Origin: an uncultured bacterium
GTDB lineage: Bacteria; Edwardsbacteria; AC1; EtOH8
Assembly: GCA_964518765.1 (NCBI GenBank)
Contig: CAZFJC010000004.1
Coordinates: 60,518 to 124,517, forward strand
Direction of reading: 5' to 3'
Length of the DNA: 64,000 bases
The notes under the pieces were generated by a model. It was not told the DNA's origin and searched no databases. It worked only from the letters and a program-made list of their open reading frames with translations. Position 1 is the stretch's first letter. The number at the start of each line of letters is the position of its first letter. The position numbers and the translations under genes are program-made. Of this stretch, positions 36,282-45,906 are shown piece by piece.

Positions 36282-37379
36282 TCACTTGTGGCTGCCCTGC
36301 TTCCAGAACGGCGTCTCCACCACCCTGGCCGGCACGCCCTTGCCCCGGATCTCGACCTCGAAAGCGTCTCCGACCTTCGAGAACTCGGTGGCCACGTAGG
36401 CCAGGCCTATGCCCTTGGAGAGCGACGGCGAGAACACCCCGCTGGTCACCTCGCCAATCTCCCTGCCATCTCTCTTGATCTTGTAATGCTGCCGGGGAAA
36501 GGCGTTGCCCTCGACCTCGAAGCCGATCAGCTTACGTCTGAGGCCCTCGGCCTTCTGCTTGAGCATGGCCTGCTTGCCGTTGAAGTCGTCCGGCTTCTTG
36601 AGCTTGGTGATCCATCCCAGGCCGGCCTCCAGCGGGCTAGTGGTCTGGTCGATGTCGTTGCCGTAGAGGCAATATTTCATCTCCAGCCGCAGGGAGTCGC
36701 GGGCGCCCAGGCCGATGGGCTGGAGGTCGAATTCCTTTCCCGCCCTGAACAGCGCCTCCCATATCTGGTCGGCGTATTTGACGTCGAAGTAAAGCTCGAA
36801 CCCGTCCTCCCCGGTGTAGCCGGTGCGAGAGACGAGCATCTCCACCCCGTCGACCTTCCCGGTCTTAAACCAATAGAACTTCATCTCCGACAGCTTCAGG
36901 TCGCATATCTTTTGGAGCAGCGGCTCGGCCTGCGGCCCCTGCAGGGCCAGCTGGGCCACCCGGTCCGAGGTATTCTCCAGCTTGACGTCGAAGCCCTCGG
37001 CCTGCTCCTGCAGCCAGGCGAAGTCCTTGTCTACGTTGGAGGCGTTGACCACCAGTAGAAAATGGTCGGGATAGCGGTAGACCAGCAGGTCGTCGACGAT
37101 GCCCCCGTCCTTATAGCACATGGCCGAGTACTGCACCTGATCCACCGCCAGGGCCGCCGGGTCGTTGACCGTGGCGTATGACACGAACTTCAGGGCCTCC
37201 GGGCCTCGGACCTCGATCTCGCCCATATGGGAGACGTCGAACAGCCCGGCCTTGGTCCGGACGTGCCGGTGTTCCTCGATGATCCCCCGGTACTGCACCG
37301 GCATCAGGAAGCCGGCGAAGGGAACGATCTTGCCTCCCGCCCTCTGGTGCAGGTGGTGGAATGGGGTTTTCTTTTCCAT
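36282..37379 (-). CDS. gcvT: Glycine cleavage aminomethyltransferase
   Basis: FAGFLMPVQY, LFDVSHMGE, SRTGYTGEDGFE, GLGARDSLRLE. Confidence 0.96.
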   Translation of the reverse strand: MEKKTPFHHLHQRAGGKIVPFAGFLMPVQYRGIIEEHRHVRTKAGLFDVSHMGEIEVRGPEALKFVSYATVNDPAALAVDQVQYSAMCYKDGGIVDDLLVYRYPDHFLLVVNASNVDKDFAWLQEQAEGFDVKLENTSDRVAQLALQGPQAEPLLQKICDLKLSEMKFYWFKTGKVDGVEMLVSRTGYTGEDGFELYFDVKYADQIWEALFRAGKEFDLQPIGLGARDSLRLEMKYCLYGNDIDQTTSPLEAGLGWITKLKKPDDFNGKQAMLKQKAEGLRRKLIGFEVEGNAFPRQHYKIKRDGREIGEVTSGVFSPSLSKGIGLAYVATEFSKVGDAFEVEIRGKGVPARVVETPFWKQGSHK

Positions 37380-37392
37380 CTCCCTCCTTTTT

Positions 37393-37755
37393 TTATTCCA
37401 AAAGCTCGCGTATCTTGGACGTCAGATCCGAGATCTTGAATGGTTTGGTGAAATAGTGATCCGCGCCATGGGCCATCCCCATGTCCACGTCCTCGGGCTT
37501 GGTCTTGGCCGAAATGACCACCACCTTGATATCCTTGGTTTGGGGGTCGGCTTTCAGTTCGCTTAAGACCTTGAACCCATCCACCCCCGGCATCATGATG
37601 TCCAGGACGATGAGGTCGGGCCTGGTATCCCTGGCCAGTTTTAAAGCGTGGTCTCCGTTGACCGCCTGAAACACCTCATAATCACCCTTGGCCAGCACCT
37701 CGGAGATTAGATAGAGGATGTTGCGGTCGTCGTCAGCTACCAGTATCTTCTTCAT
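37393..37755 (-). CDS. Single-domain response regulator
   Basis: ILVADDD, LDIMMPGVDG, VISAK, YFTKPF. Confidence 0.92.
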   Translation of the reverse strand: MKKILVADDDRNILYLISEVLAKGDYEVFQAVNGDHALKLARDTRPDLIVLDIMMPGVDGFKVLSELKADPQTKDIKVVVISAKTKPEDVDMGMAHGADHYFTKPFKISDLTSKIRELLE

Positions 37756-37769
37756 CAGGATATCGGATA

Positions 37770-37797
37770 ATTATACTAAAATATCGGGAAAAATCAA
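37770..37797 (-). promoter_or_regulatory. sigma70 promoter of the RR-gcvTHP operon
   Basis: TTGATT-N16-TATAAT, 14 nt before the RR ATG. Confidence 0.6.
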
Positions 37798-37852
37798 AGG
37801 GCCTCGACTATATCCGGCGGAGCTTGCGCCCCCCTGCCGCCTCCCCCGCAGC

Positions 37853-39352
37853 CTAAGGGGAGATGGTCACCAGTTCGGCCACTATCCTGTCCTGCAGGGC
37901 CCTGACGGCCGACGCCCCGCAGGTGTAGTTGTTGAACATCATGGCGAAGCAGTATCCGGTGCCCCCACGGCCGTAGGCGAATCCGGCCAGAGAGGAGATT
38001 CCGGTCATGGTGCCGGTTTTGGCCCTGGCTCGGTATTGCAGACCCTGTCCGTTCATCCTTTTTTCCAGGGTGCCGTCGGCCCCGGCGATGGGCAGAGAGG
38101 CCAGCAGCTCCGGCCTCAGGCCCTCGTCCCGGTGGACGTCCAGCAGCACCGCCACCAGCTGCTGCGGCGAGCACAGGTTGTAGCGCGACAATCCCGACCC
38201 GTCCACGATCCGGTGGCTGCCCGGCCCGAATCCCAGTCCGGCCATCATGGCCCCCATCGGGCCGGCGGAATCGGGCGGCTCTTCTCCGCCCTGACCGCCG
38301 CTGGCCATGGCCGCGCGATACAGCATCTCGGCTGTGAAGTTGTCGCTTTCCTTGTTCATATCCTGTAGTATGGCGTAGAGGGGCCTGGATCTGAGCGCGG
38401 CCAGGGAGGACGTCCCTGGGGGCGTCCGGCCGGCCTCCGACCTGCCGGCTATGGTAATGCCCCTGGCCTTGAGCGCCTCCCGGAAAAGGCTTCCGCAGTA
38501 TCGGACGGGATCGGCCACGCTGCGCACCAGGAACTGCGGGGACTCCTCCCGGGAGAGCACTCCGATGACCGCGACCGACTCCGTCTCCCCCTTCGGCTGG
38601 CGGGTAACCTTCAAGCTTCTCCTGACGCCGGGGAAGGCGGTCACCCCCTGGTTTTCGATCTTGAAGTAGGCGCTGGCTGGGCGCAGTCTCACCCGCAGGC
38701 TGTCGCCCGGCCTGGGCCCGGCCGAGATGCCGATCTCGAAGGTGTTGCGGTTGGCCGACAGGGCCGAGATCGGGGCGTTGTAGGCGTATGGCCCCTCGTC
38801 CCACATCCAGCCCGGCCCGTACCTGGCGGTGTCGAAGGCGCCGGCGTCCAGCACCAGCTTGCCGGCGACCCTCCGCAGCCCGGCCGCCGCCAGCCTGTAG
38901 GCCAGCTCTCCCAGCCCATCGGTTGTCAGCCCGGGATCTCCGGCGCCACGGAGATAGAGGTTGCCCCTGAGCACGCCGTCGCGGCCGATGCTGTCCCCCA
39001 GGGCCTCGGTGACGAAGCGGTGCTGGGGCCCCAGCCGGCGCAGGGCCAAAGCGGTGGCGAACAGCTTGTTGGCCGAGGCCGGCACCAGCAGCTGCTGGAA
39101 GTTGCGGGCGTAGACCGGCCGGCCGCTCCCGATCTCTACTATATAGATGCCGTACTGGGCCTGGGCCAACAGCGTGTCGGCAATAAGGGAATCCAGGCGC
39201 GCCGCCAGCATCTCCCTTCGCATGGCCGAGCTGTCGACCGGCGCCAAAGCCTCGGGCCTTGTCTTCTGCCGCCCCCCGGCGCAGCCGCCGGACATGGCCG
39301 CCAAGCCCGCCAGCAGGCAGAGCGCCACCGATCTCAAGGCCTTCTTCCCCAT
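37853..39352 (-). CDS. dacB: D-Ala-D-Ala carboxypeptidase/endopeptidase (PBP4, S13)
   Basis: PASANK (SxxK), ESDNF (SxN), KTGT; lipoprotein-like N-terminus. Confidence 0.93.
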   Translation of the reverse strand: MGKKALRSVALCLLAGLAAMSGGCAGGRQKTRPEALAPVDSSAMRREMLAARLDSLIADTLLAQAQYGIYIVEIGSGRPVYARNFQQLLVPASANKLFATALALRRLGPQHRFVTEALGDSIGRDGVLRGNLYLRGAGDPGLTTDGLGELAYRLAAAGLRRVAGKLVLDAGAFDTARYGPGWMWDEGPYAYNAPISALSANRNTFEIGISAGPRPGDSLRVRLRPASAYFKIENQGVTAFPGVRRSLKVTRQPKGETESVAVIGVLSREESPQFLVRSVADPVRYCGSLFREALKARGITIAGRSEAGRTPPGTSSLAALRSRPLYAILQDMNKESDNFTAEMLYRAAMASGGQGGEEPPDSAGPMGAMMAGLGFGPGSHRIVDGSGLSRYNLCSPQQLVAVLLDVHRDEGLRPELLASLPIAGADGTLEKRMNGQGLQYRARAKTGTMTGISSLAGFAYGRGGTGYCFAMMFNNYTCGASAVRALQDRIVAELVTISP

Positions 39353-39372
39353 CCCGGCGGAATCCTCATGGG

Positions 39373-40776
39373 CTATACTATGTACTTATCCAGGGCGCCT
39401 GATTCGAATTTCTCCACCTCCACCCGGCGGTTTTCGTAACCGGCCCGCCCCATCAGGCCGTAGGCATAGCGCTTGCCCTCCTCTACCCCTGGCTGGTCCA
39501 TGGGATTGACGTTGAACAACCCCCCGGCAAAAGCGGTGGCCGTCTCCAACAGGAAGATCATCTGACCCAGGACATAGGGGGAGATCTCTGGTAGAATGAA
39601 GGCGCAGTTGGGCCGCCCGTTCTTGGCCAGGGAAACGGCGGTGGCCCTGGCCTCGGCGTTCAGAAGCTCACCGAAGCTGTGCCCGCCCAGGTAGGACAGG
39701 TCCGCATGCTGGGAGTAGGCCCTGGGTATGGCCGCCTCGCGGCGGAATTTCTCGACCCGGACCAAGGTGATCGACTTGTCCCGCGGCCCCTCCATATAGA
39801 GCTGGAGCTGGGAATGCTGGTCGGTGGCCCCCAGGGCCTTCACCGGGGTGGGGCCGGTCTCCACCGTCTGACCCCGACTGTCGATCCGCTTGCCCAGGGA
39901 TTCGGCCCACAGCTGGCGGAACCAATCGGCCATCGGATAGAGGGCGTCGCTGTAGGGCATCATGACGTTGATGCGACAGCCCTTCTGGTAAAGCAGGTAT
40001 TGCAGCAGGCCATAGAGCCGGGCCGGGTTGCGCCAGGGATTCTCATCCAGGGTGCGCTTGCGCATATAGGCGGCCCCGGCCACCAGACCGGCCACGTCCA
40101 CCCCGACCATGGCCAGGGGGAACAGGCCGACCGGGGTCAGCACCGAGAAGCGGCCTCCCACGCCCGGCGGCACCTCTAGGCTGGCCAGCCCCTCGTCGCG
40201 CACTATCCGCCTTAGAATGCCCTCGGTCGGATCGGTGGTCACCACCACGTTCTTCCCCCAGCGCTTCTTGAGGGACCTCTGCAGCCAGGCTCGCACCCAA
40301 AGGAACTGGGCGCTGGTTTCGGCCGTGGTCCCCGACTTGCTGATGACGTTGACCAGGGTCCTGGCCGGCTTCAGCAGGGACAGCGTCCCCCTGAGCCTTT
40401 CTGGGTCCACGTTGTCCAGCACCCACAGCCTGGGCCGGCCCCGGCGGGCCTTGGGGTCGAGGTTGTATTCCCAGGAATTGATGGCTGCCTGGACGGCCGT
40501 AGTGCCCAGGGCCGAGCCGCCGATGCCCAGCACCACCAGGTCATCGAACTTTCCCTTCATCACCCTGGCCAGGGCCAGCGATCGCTTAAGGCCTTCGGGA
40601 TTGGCCGGCAGGTCGAAGAAATCCATCTTGCCCTTGGCCCTCCTGGCATAGAACCACTCCACCGCCTGGGTCACCAGTTTCCCTGCCCCTTCTATCTCTG
40701 CGTAGGACAGCCCCCGTGGGCCTATCCTATCGGCCATCAGATTGTTGAAGTCCAACTTGACCGTCGCCTGTTTCAT
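39373..40776 (-). CDS. pgi: Glucose-6-phosphate isomerase
   Basis: GIGGSALG, ISKSGTTAET, VGGRFSV, QLWAESLGK, DQHSQLQ, DQPGVEEGK. Confidence 0.95.
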   Translation of the reverse strand: MKQATVKLDFNNLMADRIGPRGLSYAEIEGAGKLVTQAVEWFYARRAKGKMDFFDLPANPEGLKRSLALARVMKGKFDDLVVLGIGGSALGTTAVQAAINSWEYNLDPKARRGRPRLWVLDNVDPERLRGTLSLLKPARTLVNVISKSGTTAETSAQFLWVRAWLQRSLKKRWGKNVVVTTDPTEGILRRIVRDEGLASLEVPPGVGGRFSVLTPVGLFPLAMVGVDVAGLVAGAAYMRKRTLDENPWRNPARLYGLLQYLLYQKGCRINVMMPYSDALYPMADWFRQLWAESLGKRIDSRGQTVETGPTPVKALGATDQHSQLQLYMEGPRDKSITLVRVEKFRREAAIPRAYSQHADLSYLGGHSFGELLNAEARATAVSLAKNGRPNCAFILPEISPYVLGQMIFLLETATAFAGGLFNVNPMDQPGVEEGKRYAYGLMGRAGYENRRVEVEKFESGALDKYIV

Positions 40777-40849
40777 TTCACGCTCCTTACACAGCTTGTT
40801 GGTTGTTCTGTATCTGCACCATCCACTCCCGATCCCCGCCCCTCACCCC

Positions 40850-41944
40850 TCAGCGGCGGAGGCTGGCCGTGGCGGCCAGGATGTTCTGGTTCTGCCCTGA
40901 GCCGGAGAAGGGCCGGCTGCTGGCCGCCCCTATGTCCAGACACAGCCCCCTCCAGGAGAAGCCCAGGCCGGCGCTCAGGAAATACATATCCTGAAGCGAC
41001 TGGTCCAACCGCCGCTCCAGGTCGTCCAGGGGGCTGCATTTGGTGAAGGCCCCCAGCCTCAGGTCCATAAAGCCGGTCAGTCGGATCTCGGCCCCGGCGC
41101 CCAAGTCGAGCTTGCCCTCGTAGCTCTGGGTGGCCGCGTTCCAGCCGGCCAGGGAGGCCTCGGCCACGGCCCTAAACTCGGAATCGGGCCGGTAGGACAC
41201 AGCCGCTGTGGTCCTGCTGGGGACGGCGCCGGAGAGCTCCAGGTCATCGGCCGCGGACGGATCGGGGATGAAATCCGCCATCCCCTTGATCTCCGATTTG
41301 GTGGACGCGGCCAGCGATACCTTGACCTCGGGCGTCAGCGGTATGGTGATCCCGGCCGAAAAGGCGTAGCCTGATGCCACCCCCCCGGCCACCATCCCCG
41401 ATGGCCTGTTCGGCCCCCCCCAGTCGAACTTGGCTCTGTAATAGGACAGGCCCAGTCCCAGCGAGGCGTTGCCTGAGGTGGAGTAAGACCAGCCGGCCGC
41501 GGTTTGATCGAGGACCAGGTCAGCATGGTCCGAAACCATGGGGTCATAGACGTCGGGGAAAGATAGGTGGTCCTCCATGGCCCGGCGATAGCCGGCGGCC
41601 AGCCGGTGGGCCCCCAGCCTGACGGCGGCGGCCATGGCCGAGGGATAGGTTTTTGTTTGTCCGCTCTCGATGGAGACGTGGCTGCGTCCGGCCGACAGCA
41701 CCGCGGCCGAGGCCGCCGCCTCCCAGCGTCCCGCCTGGCTGGTGCGGTCGGGCAGGCAGAACAGGGACAGAACGCCTTCGGAGGCTACCGCCGCCCCTCC
41801 CATTCCAAGGGTCCGCGCCGCCCAGGGAAGGTAGCGGTCGTACTGCAGCGGCAGCCTCAGCTGGTATTGGGCCGCCGGCAAACCAGCTGCGGCCAGGACG
41901 ACCAACGTCCCGGCGATCAACGACCATCTGCGCCAATATCTCAA
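40850..41944 (-). CDS. Putative outer-membrane protein (OmpP1/FadL or PorV-like)
   Basis: Signal peptide, ARTLGMGGA motif, amphipathic beta strands; TTG start uncertain. Confidence 0.65.
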   Translation of the reverse strand: MRYWRRWSLIAGTLVVLAAAGLPAAQYQLRLPLQYDRYLPWAARTLGMGGAAVASEGVLSLFCLPDRTSQAGRWEAAASAAVLSAGRSHVSIESGQTKTYPSAMAAAVRLGAHRLAAGYRRAMEDHLSFPDVYDPMVSDHADLVLDQTAAGWSYSTSGNASLGLGLSYYRAKFDWGGPNRPSGMVAGGVASGYAFSAGITIPLTPEVKVSLAASTKSEIKGMADFIPDPSAADDLELSGAVPSRTTAAVSYRPDSEFRAVAEASLAGWNAATQSYEGKLDLGAGAEIRLTGFMDLRLGAFTKCSPLDDLERRLDQSLQDMYFLSAGLGFSWRGLCLDIGAASSRPFSGSGQNQNILAATASLRR

Positions 41945-41999
41945 AGCGAGCCTTCCGAAATCAGTGCCTTTATTGGTGTACGTTCGTGGATATCGGCCG

Positions 42000-43091
42000 T
42001 CAATCCCCGAACGACGTCCCCACCGAGCGGGCCGCCCGCACCAGCTCGGAATCGGGCTCCACCCGGCGCAGCTTCCCGGCCACCTCGGAGATGGGGACCG
42101 AGACTATCTCGGTGCCGCGGAGGGCCACCATTCTGTCCAGCTCGCCGCGCACCAACAATTCGACGGCCGCCACCCCGTACCTGGTGCCCAGGATGCGGTC
42201 ATAGGCGGTGGGGCTGCCTCCGCGCTGCAGATGGCCCAGCACCGTCACCCGGCATTCGATCCCGGTGCGTCCCTCGATGTCGTCGGCCAGCTTCTGTCCG
42301 ATGCCACCCAGCCGCAGCTGGTCGGTCGACTCCTTGACGACCTTCTTGACCACCATCTCCCCGCCTTTGGGCTTGGCCCCCTCCGAGGCCACCACCAGCG
42401 AGAAGCGCCTGCCCTTCAGGCTCCGCTCCTCCACCGCCCGACAGACCGCCTCCAGGTCGTAGGGCATCTCCGGCAGCAGGACGACGTCGCCGCCGCCGGC
42501 CATCCCGGAACACAGGGCGATCCAGCCGGCGTAGCGGCCCATGGTCTCCATGATCATCACCCGATGATGCGAGGCGGCGGTGGTGTGCAGCTTGTCCAAG
42601 GCCTCGGTGGCCGTGGTCAGGGCCGAGTCGAAGCCGAAGGTGACGTCGGTGGCCGCCAGATCGTTGTCGATGGTCTTGGGTATGCCCACCACCCTCACCC
42701 CCCGCTGGATGGCCTGGTGGGCCATGGCCATGGTGCCGTCGCCGCCGACGCACACCAGGGCATCCAGCCTGGCGTGGGCGATATTGTCCAGCACCCGGTC
42801 AGAAACGTCGACGAACTCGGTCTGGCCGTCCGGCCCCTTGCGGGGGAAGCGGAAGGGGTTGTCGCGATTGGAGCTGCCCAAGATGGTGCCACCCTGGCCC
42901 AGAATGCTGGAGACCGAATCCCAGTCCAGCTCCTTCATCCGTCCGTAGATCAGCCCGGCGAAACCGTCCTCGACGCCCACCACCTGCAGCCCTTGGCCCA
43001 AGGCGGTCTTGGTGACCGCCCGGATGACCGCGTTCAGCCCGGGGCAGTCCCCCCCGGCCGTCAGCAGCCCGAAACGCTTTATGTTAGACAT
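42000..43091 (-). CDS. pfkA: 6-phosphofructokinase (GGDG/PKTIDND signature)
   Basis: TAGGDCPGLN, GGTILGS, GGDG, PKTIDND, EMGR-like TMGRYAGW, LGHLQRGG. Confidence 0.93.
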   Translation of the reverse strand: MSNIKRFGLLTAGGDCPGLNAVIRAVTKTALGQGLQVVGVEDGFAGLIYGRMKELDWDSVSSILGQGGTILGSSNRDNPFRFPRKGPDGQTEFVDVSDRVLDNIAHARLDALVCVGGDGTMAMAHQAIQRGVRVVGIPKTIDNDLAATDVTFGFDSALTTATEALDKLHTTAASHHRVMIMETMGRYAGWIALCSGMAGGGDVVLLPEMPYDLEAVCRAVEERSLKGRRFSLVVASEGAKPKGGEMVVKKVVKESTDQLRLGGIGQKLADDIEGRTGIECRVTVLGHLQRGGSPTAYDRILGTRYGVAAVELLVRGELDRMVALRGTEIVSVPISEVAGKLRRVEPDSELVRAARSVGTSFGD

Positions 43092-43211
43092 TATATACTA
43101 TAATTATTTTATAATACTATTTAATTATCCTAGCGAGAGCAAACCCTGCCAGGCAGGTTACGCGCCGCCCCGAGGTTGCGCCCTGCCCGGCGGCCGAAGG
43201 AGACGGCGCTT

Positions 43212-43283
43212 GTCGTCACCCATTCGACTTGCCAAGCGCGATGCCGGCCCTTCGACACGCTCAGGGCAAGCCTCAGGGTGACA
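43212..43283 (-). repeat. REP-like element, copy C
   Basis: Minus strand TGTCACCCTGAGGCTTGCCCTGAGCGTGTCGAAGGG...TCGAATGGGTGACGAC. Confidence 0.7.
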
Positions 43284-43302
43284 GCTAACCGACTCCGTCC
43301 TC

Positions 43303-44448
43303 TCAGTACCTCTGCTCCCGGGCGATGGTGGCAATCAGCTCGGCCGTCCTCCTGGCCGCCTGCGGTTTGGCCAGGCCCAAGGCAGCTTTCCTGAGCGAGG
43401 CCAGCCTTCTGGGATCGGCCAGCACCTGCTCCAGCTTGTAGGGCACGTCCACTGGATGCATGGCCTTGATGCCCGCCCCCTGCTCCAGCAGCATATCGCT
43501 GTTCATGTCCTCCTGGCCCGGGATGGGGTTGATGACCATCACCGGCAGCCCGCAGGCCAGGGCCTCGGCCGTGGTCAGACCGCCGGGCTTGGTGATGGCC
43601 AGGTCCGAGGCCTTCATATATTCGTCCATCCGGTCGGTGAACCCCACCGGCCTAAGCCTGAACGGCAACTGGTGCGACTTGTTCCTCAGGTTGTTCAGAA
43701 GCTTGCGGTTGCGCCCGGCCACGGCGGTCAACTGGAAGGGGACGCGGAGTGACCCCAGGCCGTCCACGATGCGCTCGATGGGGCTGATGCCAAAGCCGCC
43801 GGCCAGGAGAAGGACGGCCGGTAGCCCATCGTCCAAGCCCAGCTTTCGCCTGAGCTCGGAGCGATCCTTCCTCTCGCCGAATACCGGCATTACCGGTATG
43901 CCGTAGTCGTGGATGCGCTCCTCGGGAATGCCCATGGCCGCCAGATGCCGGCGGTTGGCCTCGTCGGCCACTACATAGTGCTCCGACTCCGGCAGGATCC
44001 AGTAGGAGTGGAGTCCGTAGTCGGTGGTCACCGTCACCAGCGGGGCCGCCAGCTTCCGCCGCCGTTTGAGCTCGCAGATGAGCTGCGAGGGCAGGTAGTG
44101 GGTGGAGACGATGACGTCCCACGGCTGGTCTAGAAGAAACTTGCGGAACTTGCGGGAGTTGATGGAATCGATGAACCGCCGCACCGCGTCCGGCTTGTTC
44201 TGGCGCTTCATCTGGTCCGAGGCGGTGAAGATATAGCCGTAGAGCAGGGGCGTCCTCTTGGCCATGTAAAGATAGACGTCCCGGTAGATCATCTTGTACA
44301 GTGCGGTGGACAGCTGCAGCAGGTCGACGTGGGTGACCTCCATCTCCCTTTGGTGGGCCTGGACGCCGCCCAGGGCCTGCTCCACCGCCCTAGCCGCCAT
44401 CACATGGCCGCTGCCGGCCGAGGCCGAGATGATCAATATGCGCTTCAT
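43303..44448 (-). CDS. MGDG synthase/UgtP-like diacylglycerol glycosyltransferase (GT28)
   Basis: SAGSGHVMAA, TVTTDY..H..W, GIPV, ITKPGGLTTAEA, PIPGQE. Confidence 0.88.
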   Translation of the reverse strand: MKRILIISASAGSGHVMAARAVEQALGGVQAHQREMEVTHVDLLQLSTALYKMIYRDVYLYMAKRTPLLYGYIFTASDQMKRQNKPDAVRRFIDSINSRKFRKFLLDQPWDVIVSTHYLPSQLICELKRRRKLAAPLVTVTTDYGLHSYWILPESEHYVVADEANRRHLAAMGIPEERIHDYGIPVMPVFGERKDRSELRRKLGLDDGLPAVLLLAGGFGISPIERIVDGLGSLRVPFQLTAVAGRNRKLLNNLRNKSHQLPFRLRPVGFTDRMDEYMKASDLAITKPGGLTTAEALACGLPVMVINPIPGQEDMNSDMLLEQGAGIKAMHPVDVPYKLEQVLADPRRLASLRKAALGLAKPQAARRTAELIATIAREQRY

Positions 44449-44551
44449 ATACTCTTATCCCCTAGAGACGCAGAAATCCGCTTTGAACGCCATCCCCTTT
44501 CTTCGTTATCGTTCGGTGCGAGCTCCAGGAAAATCCAGTTCGTCGATCACC

Positions 44552-45658
44552 CTACCGCAGTTTTTCTATGGTTAGCACCACCCTCTCCTGGTCGTCCACG
44601 GTCAGCCGGTGATGGAAGGGTATGGCCAGGCTGCGGTCGGCCACCTCCTCGGCCACCGGAAAATCGCCCCGGCGGTAGCCCAGCCGCTTAAGCACCGGCT
44701 GCAGGTGTAGGGCCGGGAAGTAGTGGGCGCACTCGATGCCCCGCGCCCTGAGGCCCGTCAGCAGGCGGTCGCGGCCCGCCCCCCTCATCGCCGGCGGTAC
44801 CAGGATCACGAAGACGAACCAGCTGCGCTCGACGCCCGGAACTTCGGGCAGCAGGGTGAACTCCGGCAGGCGCTGGCGGAAAAGGCGGCGATAGGCCGTG
44901 GCCAGCTTCTTTCGGACCGCCAGCATCGACCCCAGCCTGGAAAGCTGGATCCGGCCCATGGCGGCGTTGAGCTCGGACATCCGGTAGTTATAGCCCATCC
45001 GATGGTGGGCCAGCCAGCCGCCCATGTAGCTGCGCCCCTGGTTGCGGTAGGAGCGGATGAGGTCGGCCAGCTTCCGGTCGTCGCAGACGGCCATCCCGCC
45101 CTCGCCGGTGGTGATCTGCTTGTTGGGGTAGAAGCCGAAGGCGGCCGCCTGTCCGAACGATCCGGCCGGCTTTCCCCGATAGCTGGCCCCCAAAGCCTCG
45201 CAGGCGTCCTCGATGAGCATTAGTCGGCGGCGGCGGCAGATCTCCTCCAGGGCCCGATAGTCGGCCGGGAGGCCGAAGACGTCCACCGGCAACACCGCCC
45301 TAGTCCTCTTGGTGAGCCGGCGCTCCACCTGGGCCGGGTCGATATTCAAAGTGACCGGATCAATGTCGGCCAGCACCGGCCTGGCCCCCTCGTAGAGGAT
45401 GCAGTTGACCGAGGCGATGAAGGAGTAGGGGGCGGTGACGACCTCATCGCCCGCGCCCAGCCCCAGGGCCTTGACGATCAGGTGCAGGGCCGAGGTGCCG
45501 GAGTTGAGGGCGATGGCGTGCCGGCGGCCCACCTTCCGGGCGAAGAGCCGCTCGAAGGCCTCGGCCTCCGGCCCCAGGCTGAGGGTGCCGGAGCGCAGTA
45601 CCCGAGTGACTGCCTGGATCTCGCGTTCGGTGATGTCAGGGTGCGCTAATTTTATCAT
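44552..45658 (-). CDS. DegT/DnrJ/EryC1/StrS sugar aminotransferase
   Basis: NSGTSALH, IEDACEALGA, FYPNKQITTGEGG, GYNYRMSE. Confidence 0.93.
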   Translation of the reverse strand: MIKLAHPDITEREIQAVTRVLRSGTLSLGPEAEAFERLFARKVGRRHAIALNSGTSALHLIVKALGLGAGDEVVTAPYSFIASVNCILYEGARPVLADIDPVTLNIDPAQVERRLTKRTRAVLPVDVFGLPADYRALEEICRRRRLMLIEDACEALGASYRGKPAGSFGQAAAFGFYPNKQITTGEGGMAVCDDRKLADLIRSYRNQGRSYMGGWLAHHRMGYNYRMSELNAAMGRIQLSRLGSMLAVRKKLATAYRRLFRQRLPEFTLLPEVPGVERSWFVFVILVPPAMRGAGRDRLLTGLRARGIECAHYFPALHLQPVLKRLGYRRGDFPVAEEVADRSLAIPFHHRLTVDDQERVVLTIEKLR

Positions 45659-45906
45659 GGAAGGTGAGACTATCTTGAGTTTGAGCCGTTATAAGCAGAA
45701 TTTGTCCGATTTCATCCCGATCGAGTTGAGCATCTCAATCCCTTACCCAACACAGTTGTTGAGTTGTTGCCATCAAGCATTTGCTTTATATTCCAAAAGA
45801 TCTATTTAGCTCGATATAGAGCCGCCTATCGGCTATATATTGAGTGGTAGGGAGACTGGGGGTTTTGACGGCTTGGCTCCTAAGGGTAAAAAGAACGACC
45901 GAAAAA

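Noticed and set aside
45659-45906. 248-nt gap with small ATATAGAGCCG/CGGCTATATAT hairpin
   Set aside because: One short imperfect stem, no known RNA motif or credible ORF
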